DNA of 64,000 nt, taken from an uncultured Deinococcaceae bacterium (GTDB taxonomy: Bacteria; Deinococcota; Deinococci; Deinococcales; Deinococcaceae). Under the pieces are notes generated by a model. It was given only the letters and a program-made list of their open reading frames with translations. It ran no database searches and was not told the origin of the DNA. The translations under genes and the position numbers were made by a program. This document shows, in pieces, positions 10,554 through 20,455 of the stretch (positions within the stretch are counted from its first letter, which is position 1; each line of letters starts with the position of its first letter). The DNA lies in contig CAXULY010000008.1 in the NCBI GenBank assembly GCA_964252075.1, positions 96,001 through 160,000 of the forward strand, given 5' to 3'.

Positions 10554-11297
10554 TCAGCGGCTCAGGTCCGGGTTGTAGAAGCCCAGGCGGCCGCCCGCCT
10601 CCAGCACCGCCACCCTGCCGGCCACGAGGCCCAGCGCGTCGCCCGCCTGCTTCACGCGCGCGCGCACCACGCCCACCGGGTCCGTGAACACCAGCTCGCC
10701 GCCCACCAGCCGGTACGTGCCCTGCGCCGTCACGAGGGTCGGGACGTTCGCGGTGGCCGCGCCCGAGGGGGTGGCGAACAGGACGGGGCCCGTCGCGCGG
10801 TCGAGGGGCAGGATGGTGCCCACCCGGTACAGGTCGCCCGCCACCACGCCGTAGTCCTCGCCGTCCCCGCCCGTGATGACGGCGCCCGGTGCGCCCGGCA
10901 GGCCCGTCGTGCTGGTGCCGCCGTAGCTCACGGCGCTGCCGTCCGCGCGGTACACCGCGCGGGCGCTCATGGCGGACACGCGCCCCACCTGCTGCGTCTG
11001 CGGCGCGCCGCTCGCCGTCACGATCAGGCCGTACGCGGGCAGCGCCACCCACGGCACCGCCGCGAGCCCCGCGCCCTGCCACGCCACCGCGCCCGCCGGG
11101 GCGGGCAGCCCCACCGCCTGAGGCTGGAAGGCGGGCGTCCGCGCGATGAAGGCCCGCCCGTTCACGGACCACAGCACGCCCGCGTCACTGAAGGCCGCCT
11201 GCAGCGGGGCGGGGGAGGCAGGCGGCTGGACACCGCTGGTCCGGGTGGGGGCGCAGGCGGTGAGGGCCAGCAGGGCGGCCAGCGCGAGGCGCTTCAC
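10554..11297 (-). CDS. Uncharacterised lipoprotein
   Basis: GTG start overlaps the murF stop; [15 protein letters not shown] lipobox; beta-rich, Gly/Pro-rich body. Confidence 0.75.
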   Translation of the reverse strand: MKRLALAALLALTACAPTRTSGVQPPASPAPLQAAFSDAGVLWSVNGRAFIARTPAFQPQAVGLPAPAGAVAWQGAGLAAVPWVALPAYGLIVTASGAPQTQQVGRVSAMSARAVYRADGSAVSYGGTSTTGLPGAPGAVITGGDGEDYGVVAGDLYRVGTILPLDRATGPVLFATPSGAATANVPTLVTAQGTYRLVGGELVFTDPVGVVRARVKQAGDALGLVAGRVAVLEAGGRLGFYNPDLSR

Positions 11298-12562
11298 GGG
11301 CGCACCTGCAGGTGGGTCAGCAGGGCCTGCACGACCACGTCCAGCCCCACGCCCTCCTGCGCGCGCCGCTCGGGCGTCCATGAGATGCCGCGCGACGCCT
11401 TGAGCAGCACCACGTCGCCGGGCCGCACCTCGGCCAGCAGGGCCGCCTGTAGTTCCGGCACGGTCTGAAACGCGCGTTCCCCGAGCGCGGCGGCGAACGG
11501 CCCCACCCCGAAGGTCACGTCCGCGGTGCCCCGCGCGTGGGCGCCCACCCCGGCGTGCAGGTCGGGCGCCTGCGGGCCGAGTTCCAGCATCTGCCCGAGC
11601 ACGCTCACGCGCCGACCGGGGAACGCCGCGAGCGCGTCCAGCGCCGCCCGCACGCTGAGCGGCGAGGCGTTGTACGCGTCGTCAATGACGGTGACCGCCC
11701 CCGGATGCACCCGGAAGCGCCCGCCCGGCACCTGCACGCCGCTCAGGCGCTCCGCTGCGGCGGCGAGGTCCAGGCCGTGCCCGTGCGCGAGTGCGAGGCC
11801 CAGCACCGCCGCCTCCGCCTGCGCGCGCCCCGCCAGCGGAAGCTGCACCTCCACCCCCCGGTACGTGAAACTCGCGCCCTCGGGCGTCACGGTCAGCGCC
11901 TCGCCCGCGAAGTCCGCGCCCTCGAACCCGTAGGTGGGCACGCCCGGGTAGAACGGTGCCGCCTGCATCCCCACCAGGCGCTGCGCCGCGCCCAGGATCA
12001 CGCCCTTCTCGCGCGCCGTGACGCGCTCGTTCTCGAAGTGCGTCACCCCGACGCTCGTCACCACGCCCACGTCCGGCCCGACGAGGTCCATCAGTTCCGC
12101 CATCTCGCCCACCCGGTCAATGCCCATCTCCACCACCAGCGGCGCGCCCGAGCCGCCCTCCTCAATCAGGAAGCAGGCGATGGCGGGCATGGTGTTGAAC
12201 ACCGGCAGGAAGCGCGCGTTCAGCGCGGCGCCCGCGTAGTTCTTCGCGGTGGTCTTGCCGACCGTGCCCGTGATGCCCACCACCAGGGCCGCCCGCGCCC
12301 GTTCGGCGCGCGCCCACGCGAACAGCGCCTCCCGCGCGTCCGGCACGCGCACGGCCCGGTCCACCCCCAGGTCCGTCAGCACGAAGGGCGCGCCGCGTTC
12401 CAGCGCCTGCGCCACGAACCGGTTGCCGTGCATCGCCTCGCCAGGCAGCGCCACGAAGGCCACCTCGGGACCCGCGTCGCGGGAATCCCAGGTGAGGCGC
12501 CGGGCGGGCCGCGCGTCCGGCGCCACCTCGGCGGGGAAGGGGAGGGTGAAAGGGTCAAGCAT
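11294..12562 (-). CDS. murF: UDP-N-acetylmuramoyl-tripeptide--D-Ala-D-Ala ligase MurF
   Basis: WDSR, GITGTVGKTTAK, VVEMG, DDAYNASP, LGQMLELG, LLKASRG; ATG 6 nt after TATCCT. Confidence 0.93.
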   Translation of the reverse strand: MLDPFTLPFPAEVAPDARPARRLTWDSRDAGPEVAFVALPGEAMHGNRFVAQALERGAPFVLTDLGVDRAVRVPDAREALFAWARAERARAALVVGITGTVGKTTAKNYAGAALNARFLPVFNTMPAIACFLIEEGGSGAPLVVEMGIDRVGEMAELMDLVGPDVGVVTSVGVTHFENERVTAREKGVILGAAQRLVGMQAAPFYPGVPTYGFEGADFAGEALTVTPEGASFTYRGVEVQLPLAGRAQAEAAVLGLALAHGHGLDLAAAAERLSGVQVPGGRFRVHPGAVTVIDDAYNASPLSVRAALDALAAFPGRRVSVLGQMLELGPQAPDLHAGVGAHARGTADVTFGVGPFAAALGERAFQTVPELQAALLAEVRPGDVVLLKASRGISWTPERRAQEGVGLDVVVQALLTHLQVRP

Positions 12563-12622
12563 GCCGTGAGGATAGCGAAGAGGCGTGAGCGGCACACCGC
12601 CCACGCCCCCTGGTGCCCGCCC

Positions 12623-14200
12623 TTACTCCACCGTCACGAGGTAGTCGTACAGGTCGGGGCCGCCCGCGTGCGCCTCGATCTCTGCGTCGGGGAAGGCGGC
12701 GGTGAGGCGTGCGGTCAGCGCGTCCGCCGCGTCCGGCTGCACGTTCGGGCCGCTGAACACCGTGATGAACTCCTGCCCGGTGTAGCCCTTCTGGAGCATC
12801 TCCACGACGGCGTCCTCGGGCGTGCCGCCCGCGTGAATCAGCTCGTCGTCCTTGAGGCCAATCACGTCGCCTTCCGTGATGTTCAGCTCGCCCACCTGCG
12901 TGCTGCGGCTGGCGCGCGTCACTTCGAAGGTCGTGACGCGGTTCGCGGCGTCCTGCATGCCCTCCAGCAGCTCAGGCGCGGGCGTGCCCGGAATGAACGC
13001 GAGTGCCGCCCCGACGCCCTGGCCGAGCGTGCGGGTGGGCAGCACCAGCGCGCGGCCCTCACTGAGTTCCGACGCCTTCTGCGCGGCGAGCAGCACGTTC
13101 TTGTTGTTCGGCAGCACGATCACCTGATGCGCCGAGACGCTGTTCACGGCGTCCAGGATGTCCTGCACGCTGGGGTTCGCGGTCTGCCCGCCCGACACGA
13201 TGCGCGCCCCGAAGCTGCGGAAGAGCTTCACCATGCCGTAGCCGCTCGCGACCGCCACGAGGCCACTCTGCGGGAGTTCCTCCTCGGCGTTCGCGGTGCT
13301 GCCCGCCATCGCGAGGATCTCCGTGTGCTGCTCGGACATGTCCTCGACCTTGGTTTTCAGCATGCGCCCGTGCCGCCCCACGGTGGCGAGCAGGTCGTCC
13401 GGTTCGTTCGTGTGGATGTGGCCCTTCACGAAGCCCTCGGCGCCCACCACCAGCAGGCTGTCCCCGAAGGGCGCGACCAGCTCCCGGATGCCCTCGATGG
13501 GCATGGTGGCATTCTCCATCAGGAACTCCGTGCAGTACCCGAACTCCTCGTGCTCCACGTGCTCTTGCGCGTAACTCTCCACTTTCGGCGCTTCGGGCAG
13601 CTGCGCGCCTGTCAGGAAGCCCAGCATGCCGGTCAGCAGGTACAGGTACCCCTGCCCGCCGCTGTCCACCACGCCCGCCTGTTTCAGCGCTGCCAGCTGA
13701 TCCGGCGTCTTGTCCAGCGCGACCTGCCCGGCCTTCACGGCGTTCTGCAGCACCTCGGTGGGCGTGCCGCCGCGCGCGCCGCGCGCCGCCTCGCGCGCCA
13801 CCGTCAGGATGGTGCCCTCCACGGGCTTCATGACGGCGTTGTACCCGCTCTTCTGCGCGGCGTCCAGCGCGTGCGAGAGCTGCAGTGCACTCACATCCCG
13901 CAGGTCGCGGATGGCTTCCGCGAAGCCCTTCAGGAGCTGCGAGAGGATCACGCCGCTGTTTCCGCGCGCGCCCAGCAGCGCGCCGTAACTGATGGCGCGC
14001 GCCACGGCAGTCATGCTGTTCACGTCACTGGTGTCCAGCTCACGCCGCACGCTCTGCAGGGTAAGGTGCATGTTCGTGCCGGTGTCACCGTCCGGGACGG
14101 GGTACACGTTCAGGGCGTTCACCTGATCGCGGTACACGCCCAGCCAGTCCGTCGCGAGCCGCAGCGCGCCCGCGATGTCCTTCGGCGTGAGGTTAGCCAC
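12623..14200 (-). CDS. fakA: DAK2 domain fatty acid kinase subunit A (FakA/YloV-like)
   Basis: NALNVYPVPDGDTGTNM, GARGNSGVILSQ, KPVEGTILTV, VVDSGG, FGYCTEF, HIHT, GGQTANPS. Confidence 0.9.
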   Translation of the reverse strand: MANLTPKDIAGALRLATDWLGVYRDQVNALNVYPVPDGDTGTNMHLTLQSVRRELDTSDVNSMTAVARAISYGALLGARGNSGVILSQLLKGFAEAIRDLRDVSALQLSHALDAAQKSGYNAVMKPVEGTILTVAREAARGARGGTPTEVLQNAVKAGQVALDKTPDQLAALKQAGVVDSGGQGYLYLLTGMLGFLTGAQLPEAPKVESYAQEHVEHEEFGYCTEFLMENATMPIEGIRELVAPFGDSLLVVGAEGFVKGHIHTNEPDDLLATVGRHGRMLKTKVEDMSEQHTEILAMAGSTANAEEELPQSGLVAVASGYGMVKLFRSFGARIVSGGQTANPSVQDILDAVNSVSAHQVIVLPNNKNVLLAAQKASELSEGRALVLPTRTLGQGVGAALAFIPGTPAPELLEGMQDAANRVTTFEVTRASRSTQVGELNITEGDVIGLKDDELIHAGGTPEDAVVEMLQKGYTGQEFITVFSGPNVQPDAADALTARLTAAFPDAEIEAHAGGPDLYDYLVTVE

Positions 14201-14525
14201 GGCTGACCCCCACCGCGTGCACGCGGACGTTCGCGAGGTCAATGCCCGCGAGCGTCCGCACCGCGTGCTCCACCCGCTCGGAGATGTTCGCGGCGACGGT
14301 CGGGATGCTCACGCCGTACGCGAGCACCACGAACAGGTCCGCGCTGAAGCGCCCGCTGTCCCGCGCGATGATCACGCCGTCGCGCGCCTGCGCGCGACCC
14401 AGCACGCGCTGAATGCCCTCGCGGAAGTTCGCGGGGGCCATGCCGACCACGCCCGGCACCTCGTGCGCCGTCAGGCCGATGAGCGAGGCGAGCGCCGCCT
14501 CGGTGATGGTGATGGAACCGTTCAC
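14193..14525 (-). CDS. Asp23/Gls24 family protein (YloU-like)
   Basis: 110 aa, GVVGMA, YGVSIPTVAANI; overlaps the fakA start; GGAGG RBS. Confidence 0.9.
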   Translation of the reverse strand: MNGSITITEAALASLIGLTAHEVPGVVGMAPANFREGIQRVLGRAQARDGVIIARDSGRFSADLFVVLAYGVSIPTVAANISERVEHAVRTLAGIDLANVRVHAVGVSRG

Positions 14526-14669
14526 GCCGTTTACCTCCAGGTGAGCGCAGTATAGCCGGGCGGGTGAGACGCGGAACTTGTGGGCGCGTGAAGGTCCACC
14601 CCGGGTCCGCGGTGCGACATGCAGGTGGGGCCGCTGGCGTGCGCCAGCGGCCCCACCCTGGCGGTGCGG

Positions 14670-15776
14670 TTAAGCCAGCGCCGCTTCGGGCTTCACACTC
14701 TCGATGCCGAAGGCCTCACCGACGCCTGCGAAGGTCAGCTGGCCCGTGCGGGTGTTGAGGCCCTTGCGGAGCGCGGCGTTGCGGGCGAGGGCGTCGAGGC
14801 CCTGATCGGCGAGCTGCGCGGCGTAAGGGAAGGTGGCGTTCGTGAGGGCGAGGGTGCTGGTGCGCGGCACGGCGCCCGGCATGTTCGCGACGCCGTAATG
14901 CACGACGCCGTCCACGGTGTACACGGGGTCGTCGTGGGTGGTGGCGTGGATGGTCTCCACGCAGCCGCCCTGGTCCACGGCGACGTCCACGATGACGCTG
15001 CCGGCCTGCATGCTGGGCAGCATGTCGCGCGTGACGAGGTGCGGGGCGCGCGCGCCCGGGATGAGCACGCCGCCGATCACGAGGTCACTCTCGGGGAGCA
15101 GCGCGCGGATGTTCGCCTCGCTGCTCATCATGGTGGTGAGGCGCCCGAAGAACACGTCGTCGAGGTACGCGAGGCGCTTCTGGCTGACGTCCAGCACCGT
15201 GACCTTCGCGCCGAGGCCCATCGCCATCTTCGCGGCGTTCGTGCCCACCACGCCACCGCCGATGATGAGGACGTGGCCGGGCTGCACGCCGGGCACGCCG
15301 CCGAGCAGCACGCCGCGCCCGCCGTTGGGTTTCTGCAGGTAGTACGCGCCCGCCTGCACACTCAGGCGGCCCGCGACCTCGCTCATGGGGGTGAGGAGGG
15401 GGAGGGCGCCGTCGTCGGTCTGCACGGTCTCGTAGGCGACGGCGGTGGTGCCGCTCTGCAGGAGCGCGTCGGTGAGGGGGCGGTCGGCGGCGAGGTGCAG
15501 GTACGTGAAGAGCAGCAGGTCGGGGCGCAGGAAGCCGTACTCGCTCTCCACGGGTTCCTTGACCTTCACGACCATCTGGGCGCCCCAGGCGTCCTGGGCG
15601 CTCCCCAGCTGCGCGCCGGCCGCCTCGTACTCGGTGTCGGCAAAGCCGCTGCCCGCGCCCGCGCCGCGTTCCACGAGGACGGTGTGCCCGCGCCGCACGA
15701 GGGTGGCGACGCCGCCGGGCGTCATGGCGACGCGGTTTTCCTTGACCTTGATTTCCTTGGGAACTCCGACGATCAT
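14670..15776 (-). CDS. ald: Alanine dehydrogenase
   Basis: [70 protein letters not shown]. Confidence 0.97.
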   Translation of the reverse strand: MIVGVPKEIKVKENRVAMTPGGVATLVRRGHTVLVERGAGAGSGFADTEYEAAGAQLGSAQDAWGAQMVVKVKEPVESEYGFLRPDLLLFTYLHLAADRPLTDALLQSGTTAVAYETVQTDDGALPLLTPMSEVAGRLSVQAGAYYLQKPNGGRGVLLGGVPGVQPGHVLIIGGGVVGTNAAKMAMGLGAKVTVLDVSQKRLAYLDDVFFGRLTTMMSSEANIRALLPESDLVIGGVLIPGARAPHLVTRDMLPSMQAGSVIVDVAVDQGGCVETIHATTHDDPVYTVDGVVHYGVANMPGAVPRTSTLALTNATFPYAAQLADQGLDALARNAALRKGLNTRTGQLTFAGVGEAFGIESVKPEAALA

Positions 15777-15923
15777 GCGTACCTCCAAACGGACGCTCGT
15801 TTGTGAACGTGCCTGATACCTCGAATGCTAGCAGGGGAGGGGGTGGTGGGGATTGCGCGCTGGCCTGCCGTTGCGCGGTGTGGCGCAATGGCGTTGCGTG
15901 ATTAGAGCGTTTATGCTGCGTGC

Positions 15924-16394
15924 ATGTCAGATCAGGGCATGGACGCAACCGACCGCCGCATTCTGGAGATCCTGCAGCGGGATGGGCGCCTGCCGAACAC
16001 CGAACTGGCCGACGAGATCGGCCTGACGCCCGCCCCGACCCTGCGCCGGGTGCGCCGCCTGGAGGAGGAGGGCGTGATCCGGCGCTACGTGGCGCTCCTC
16101 GACCCGAAGAAGGTGGGGCGCGACCTGATGGTGTTCGTGGAGGTGTCGCTGCACAAGCAGACGAAGCCGGGCTTCGAGACCTTCGCGGAGAAGATGCGCA
16201 AGCGCCCAGAGGTGCTGGAGTGCTACCTCACGCTGGGCGAGGCGGACTTTCTGCTGAAGGTGTGCGTCCCGGACCTGGACGCCTACCAGCGCTTCCTCGT
16301 GGATGTGCTGGCGGCCATTCCAGAGGTGAGCAACACCAAGAGCACCATCACGGTGAAGCAGGAGAAGCACACCACCATCCTTCCCCTGGAGTGA
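15924..16394 (+). CDS. Lrp/AsnC family regulator (AldR-like), divergent from ald
   Basis: MDATDRRILEILQRDGR...ELADEIGLT HTH and AsnC ligand-binding domain; TATGCT 6 nt before ATG. Confidence 0.93.
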   Translation: MSDQGMDATDRRILEILQRDGRLPNTELADEIGLTPAPTLRRVRRLEEEGVIRRYVALLDPKKVGRDLMVFVEVSLHKQTKPGFETFAEKMRKRPEVLECYLTLGEADFLLKVCVPDLDAYQRFLVDVLAAIPEVSNTKSTITVKQEKHTTILPLE

Positions 16395-16425
16395 TTTCTG
16401 AACCGCTTTGTTGTATAAAGTATAC

Positions 16426-17304
16426 ATGACCGATGCTGCCCCCACCGCCCCCCGCGCGCCGCTGAGCGCGGACCTCACCCTCGGCCCCGTGGAACTCACC
16501 GTGGGGAACCTGGAACGCAGCCTCACCTACTACACCCAGGCGCTCGGCCTGCGCCTGCTGGAACAGCGTGGCGCGGTGGCCCAGCTGGGCGTGGGGGAAC
16601 GCCCGCTGCTGACCCTCACCGGGCAGCCTGGCGCGACCCCCACCCGGCCCGGCAGTCCCGGCCTGTACCACTTCGCCATCCTGCTCCCCACCCGCGCCGA
16701 CCTCGGGCGCTTCGTGCGGCATTACGCGGGGCTTGGCCTGCGGCTCGGGCAGGGCGACCACCTCGTGAGCGAGGCCTTCTACACCAACGACCCGGACGGA
16801 CACGGCATCGAGGTGTACCGCGACCGCCCGCGCGACACCTGGCGCTGGCAGGGCGGGCAGGTGCAGATGGCCACGGACCCCGTGGACGTCCAGGGCCTCC
16901 TCGCGGAGCCCGGCGCGGACCGGCCCTTCACCGGCCTGCCCGACGGCACCGTGATGGGCCACGTGCACCTGCGCGTCACGGACATCCCCGCCGCCCGCGC
17001 CTTCTACGAGGGCCTGCTGGGCTTCGACGTGGTGGCCGCCATGCCGAGCGCCCTGTTCGTGTCGGTGGGCGGCTACCACCACCACCTCGGCCTGAACACC
17101 TGGCAGAGCGCGGGCGGAGCCCCAGCGCCCCTGGACAGCGCCCGCCTGCTCGCCGTGAACCTGCAGGTGCCTCACCCCGACGACCTCACCCGGCTCGCGC
17201 AGCGGCTCGCCGCGAACACGTACGCCCACACCCTTCGGGACGGGACGCTCAGCGTCACGGACCCGGCGGGCAACGCCCTGCACGTCACGGCCGCACCCAT
17301 CTGA
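16426..17304 (+). CDS. Two-domain VOC family protein (CatE/catechol 2,3-dioxygenase-like)
   Basis: GLYHFAILLP, DHLVSEAFYTNDPDGHGIEVYRDRP, GHVHLRV, GGYHHHLGLNTW. Confidence 0.88.
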   Translation: MTDAAPTAPRAPLSADLTLGPVELTVGNLERSLTYYTQALGLRLLEQRGAVAQLGVGERPLLTLTGQPGATPTRPGSPGLYHFAILLPTRADLGRFVRHYAGLGLRLGQGDHLVSEAFYTNDPDGHGIEVYRDRPRDTWRWQGGQVQMATDPVDVQGLLAEPGADRPFTGLPDGTVMGHVHLRVTDIPAARAFYEGLLGFDVVAAMPSALFVSVGGYHHHLGLNTWQSAGGAPAPLDSARLLAVNLQVPHPDDLTRLAQRLAANTYAHTLRDGTLSVTDPAGNALHVTAAPI

Positions 17305-17404
17305 GGGCAGGCGGAAGGGAGTGTGCACCGGCAAGGCGGACGGCGTCACGCGCTGGCCCCAAACCACTTTTGGCGCTGCGCGGGCGCACTGCTAAGCTCA
17401 GCGC

Positions 17405-18016
<612 letters not shown>

Positions 18017-18360
18017 CCGGGTGGTGCGGCGCATGCGGCGAAGGGAGTGGGAGATGACCGCCATCCCCTGCCGCCACCGGCCCGGGAGCGTCAGCTTCCG
18101 GGCCCCAGGAACTCCAACATGACTGAGCGCGTGAAAGAGCGCGCTGAGTGAGGGGGTCGCCGGGCGAGGCGTTCTTGGGGCGGTCTTCTTGAGGCCCCTG
18201 TAACCCAGGAGAGGGCCAGCGTGGCGGACGGCACCGCGCGCCCCAAGCGACAGCGCCCTGCATTCATGGCGGTCGTCCAGCTCTCGCCGTGCGCCAGCAA
18301 TCCGTTCGGCGCTCCGAACGGTGTGCGGTGGTGCCGCCTCCGGGTGTTTCACCACCCCAT
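18017..18360 (+). ncRNA. Candidate structured non-coding RNA of unknown family
   Basis: Long imperfect closing helix 18028-18064/18266-18295 and at least five internal or flanking hairpins; wobble pairs read as G-U on the + strand; no convincing ORF. Confidence 0.45.
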
Positions 18361-18462
18361 TCAGCCCAGAAGGGCAATGCCTTCATCCGTGACGCGCGCC
18401 TGCCGTTTCAGTGACGTGCGGCCCACACGCCCCCGCCACGCAAAAGCTCTAGTCTGGGCCGT

Positions 18463-19488
18463 ATGTCAGCCGTGATTTCCCGCGACACCATTGCCGACCT
18501 GCGCTCCGACACCGTCACCACCCCCACGCCCGAGATGCGCCGCGCGATGGCGGAAGCGGTCGTGGGGGACGACGTGTACGGCGAGGACCCCACCGTGAAT
18601 GAGCTGCAGTCCGAGGCGGCGCGCCTGCTGGGCTTCGAGGCGGGCCTGTTCATGCCGTCCGGGAGCATGACGAACCAAGTCGCGATCGCGCTGCACACGC
18701 AGCGCGGGCAGGAGGTCATCTGCCCGGTCGGCGCGCACATCTACGAGTATGAACTCGGCATGATGGCGGCCTTCTCGGGCGTGGTGCCGCGCTTCGTGCC
18801 CGCGCCGCTGGGCGTGCCGGACCCGCAGGACATCCGCGCGAGCGTGGGGCGCAGCATCCACCAGAGCCCCACGGGCCTGATCGTGCTGGAGGACACGCAC
18901 AACCGCGCGGGCGGCACGGTGCTGCCGCTGGACGTGATTCGGGGCGCGCGGGAGGTGGCGGAGCAGGAGGGCCTGCCGCTGCACCTGGACGGCGCGCGCG
19001 TCATGAACGCGGCGGTCGCGCAGGGCGTGCCCGTGCGGGAGATCACGCAGCACTTCCACACCGTCAGCCTGTGCCTCAGCAAGGGCCTGGGCGCGCCCGT
19101 GGGGAGCGTGCTGGTGGGCAGCGCGGCGGACATGGCGCGCGCGCACCGCTACCGCAAGATGCTGGGGGGCGGCATGCGGCAGGCGGGCGTGCTGGCCGCC
19201 GCGGGCCTCATGGCGCTGCGCGAGGGCCCCACGCGGCTCGCGGAGGACCACCGCCGCGCGCGTCAACTCGCGGAGGCGCTCCTGAACGCCGGGTACGGCG
19301 TGGACCTCGCGAGCGTGCAGACGAACATGGTGTACGCGGACGTGCCGGACGCCGCCGAGCGCAGCCGCGCGTGGGCGGAGCACGGGGTGCGCGCCAACCC
19401 CACCGCGCCGGACCGCGTGCGCTTCGTGCTGCACCACCAGGTGACGGATGAGCTGCTCGCGCACGCCATCTCGGTCCTGACCGCCTGA
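18463..19488 (+). CDS. ltaE: Low-specificity L-threonine aldolase
   Basis: [37 protein letters not shown] (PLP Lys), [14 protein letters not shown] 7 nt before ATG. Confidence 0.95.
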   Translation: MSAVISRDTIADLRSDTVTTPTPEMRRAMAEAVVGDDVYGEDPTVNELQSEAARLLGFEAGLFMPSGSMTNQVAIALHTQRGQEVICPVGAHIYEYELGMMAAFSGVVPRFVPAPLGVPDPQDIRASVGRSIHQSPTGLIVLEDTHNRAGGTVLPLDVIRGAREVAEQEGLPLHLDGARVMNAAVAQGVPVREITQHFHTVSLCLSKGLGAPVGSVLVGSAADMARAHRYRKMLGGGMRQAGVLAAAGLMALREGPTRLAEDHRRARQLAEALLNAGYGVDLASVQTNMVYADVPDAAERSRAWAEHGVRANPTAPDRVRFVLHHQVTDELLAHAISVLTA

Positions 19489-19490
19489 GC

Positions 19491-20402
19491 GTGGCGGCGC
19501 CCGCCGATCCCCGCACGGCCCTCGCGGGGAACCGCGCGGTGCTGGTCCTCCTGATCGTGCAGAACGTGGTGGGCGGTCTCCTGCCACAGGTGGGATTGCC
19601 GCTGGGCGCCGCGCTCGCCGCGAGCTTCGTGGTGAGCGCGCTGGTGTTCTGGCTGTTCTTCCGCCCGCAGCTTCTGGCGCTGATCGCGTCCAGGCGCTGG
19701 CGCACGCCGCCCGCGCTGGGCGTGGCGCTCGGGGGTCTGCTGCTGGCGCTCATCGCGTCGCGCGGCGTGACGCTGTTCGTGGCGAGCGTGTGGCCGCAGA
19801 GCTTCCAGGGCGTCGCGAGCTTCACGGCCTCCGGGCCGGGGCTGTGGGTGCTGCTGGTGGCGGCGGGCCTGCTGGTGCCGCTCGCGGAGGAGGTGGCTTT
19901 CCGCGGCGTGCTGCTGCCCGGGTACGAGCGCGTGCGGCCCGCTGTCACGGCGGGGGTGCTGGCGGCGCTGGTGTTCGCGGGCGCGCACGGCCTGCCCGGG
20001 CAGGCGCTCGGCATCCTGCCGCTCGCGTGGGTCCTGATTCGCGCGGTGCAGCACAGCGGGAGCTTCTGGACGGGGTTCGCGGTGCACGCGGGGAACAACC
20101 TGCTGGCCGTGTGGCTGGGCAGCGCCCTCGCGCAGAACGAACGCCTGGATCAGCTCGCGAACGGCGTGGGAGACGTGCCGCTCGGCGCGGGCGTCGCGGG
20201 CCTCCTCGTGGGCGCGGCGGCGCTGGCGCTCGCCACGTGGTGGCTGCGCCCGCGCGACGTGACCGCCACGCCGCCCGCGTCCGGCCCGGTGTGGTCGGGG
20301 AGCCTCATCGTGATCGTGGTGCTGGTGGCCCTGCTGGCGCTGGCCGCGCTGGCGGCGGTGCTGTTCCCGCAGATCAACCTCGGCCTGCCGGGCGGAAGCT
20401 GA
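19491..20402 (+). CDS. CPBP (CAAX/Abi) family intramembrane metalloprotease
   Basis: EEVAFRG, FAGAH, HAGNN motifs; many TM segments. Confidence 0.9.
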   Translation: MAAPADPRTALAGNRAVLVLLIVQNVVGGLLPQVGLPLGAALAASFVVSALVFWLFFRPQLLALIASRRWRTPPALGVALGGLLLALIASRGVTLFVASVWPQSFQGVASFTASGPGLWVLLVAAGLLVPLAEEVAFRGVLLPGYERVRPAVTAGVLAALVFAGAHGLPGQALGILPLAWVLIRAVQHSGSFWTGFAVHAGNNLLAVWLGSALAQNERLDQLANGVGDVPLGAGVAGLLVGAAALALATWWLRPRDVTATPPASGPVWSGSLIVIVVLVALLALAALAAVLFPQINLGLPGGS

Positions 20403-20407
20403 GACAG

Positions 20408-20449
20408 GGGAAGGGGCGGGGCGGAAATCAATCCGCCCCGCCCCTTCCC
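20408..20449. terminator. Probable bidirectional terminator hairpin
   Basis: 18-bp perfect stem with 6-nt loop between convergent genes. Confidence 0.8.
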
Positions 20450-20455
20450 TCGTGC

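Noticed and set aside
18054..18300. Type I toxin ORF in the 18 kb element (MTAIPCRHRPGSVSFRAPGTPT on +; 58-69 aa ORF on -)
   Set aside because: Neither peptide has the hydrophobic helix typical of type I toxins
18315..18362. Minus-strand GGTGAAACACCC...CGGCACCACCGCACACCGT resembling a cobalamin riboswitch core
   Set aside because: Lacks the GGGAA and B12-box elements with correct spacing, and no minus-strand gene lies downstream
18200..18462. Glycine riboswitch upstream of threonine aldolase
   Set aside because: A GGAGAG is present but CCGAAG and CTCTCAGG are not, and ltaE appears leaderless
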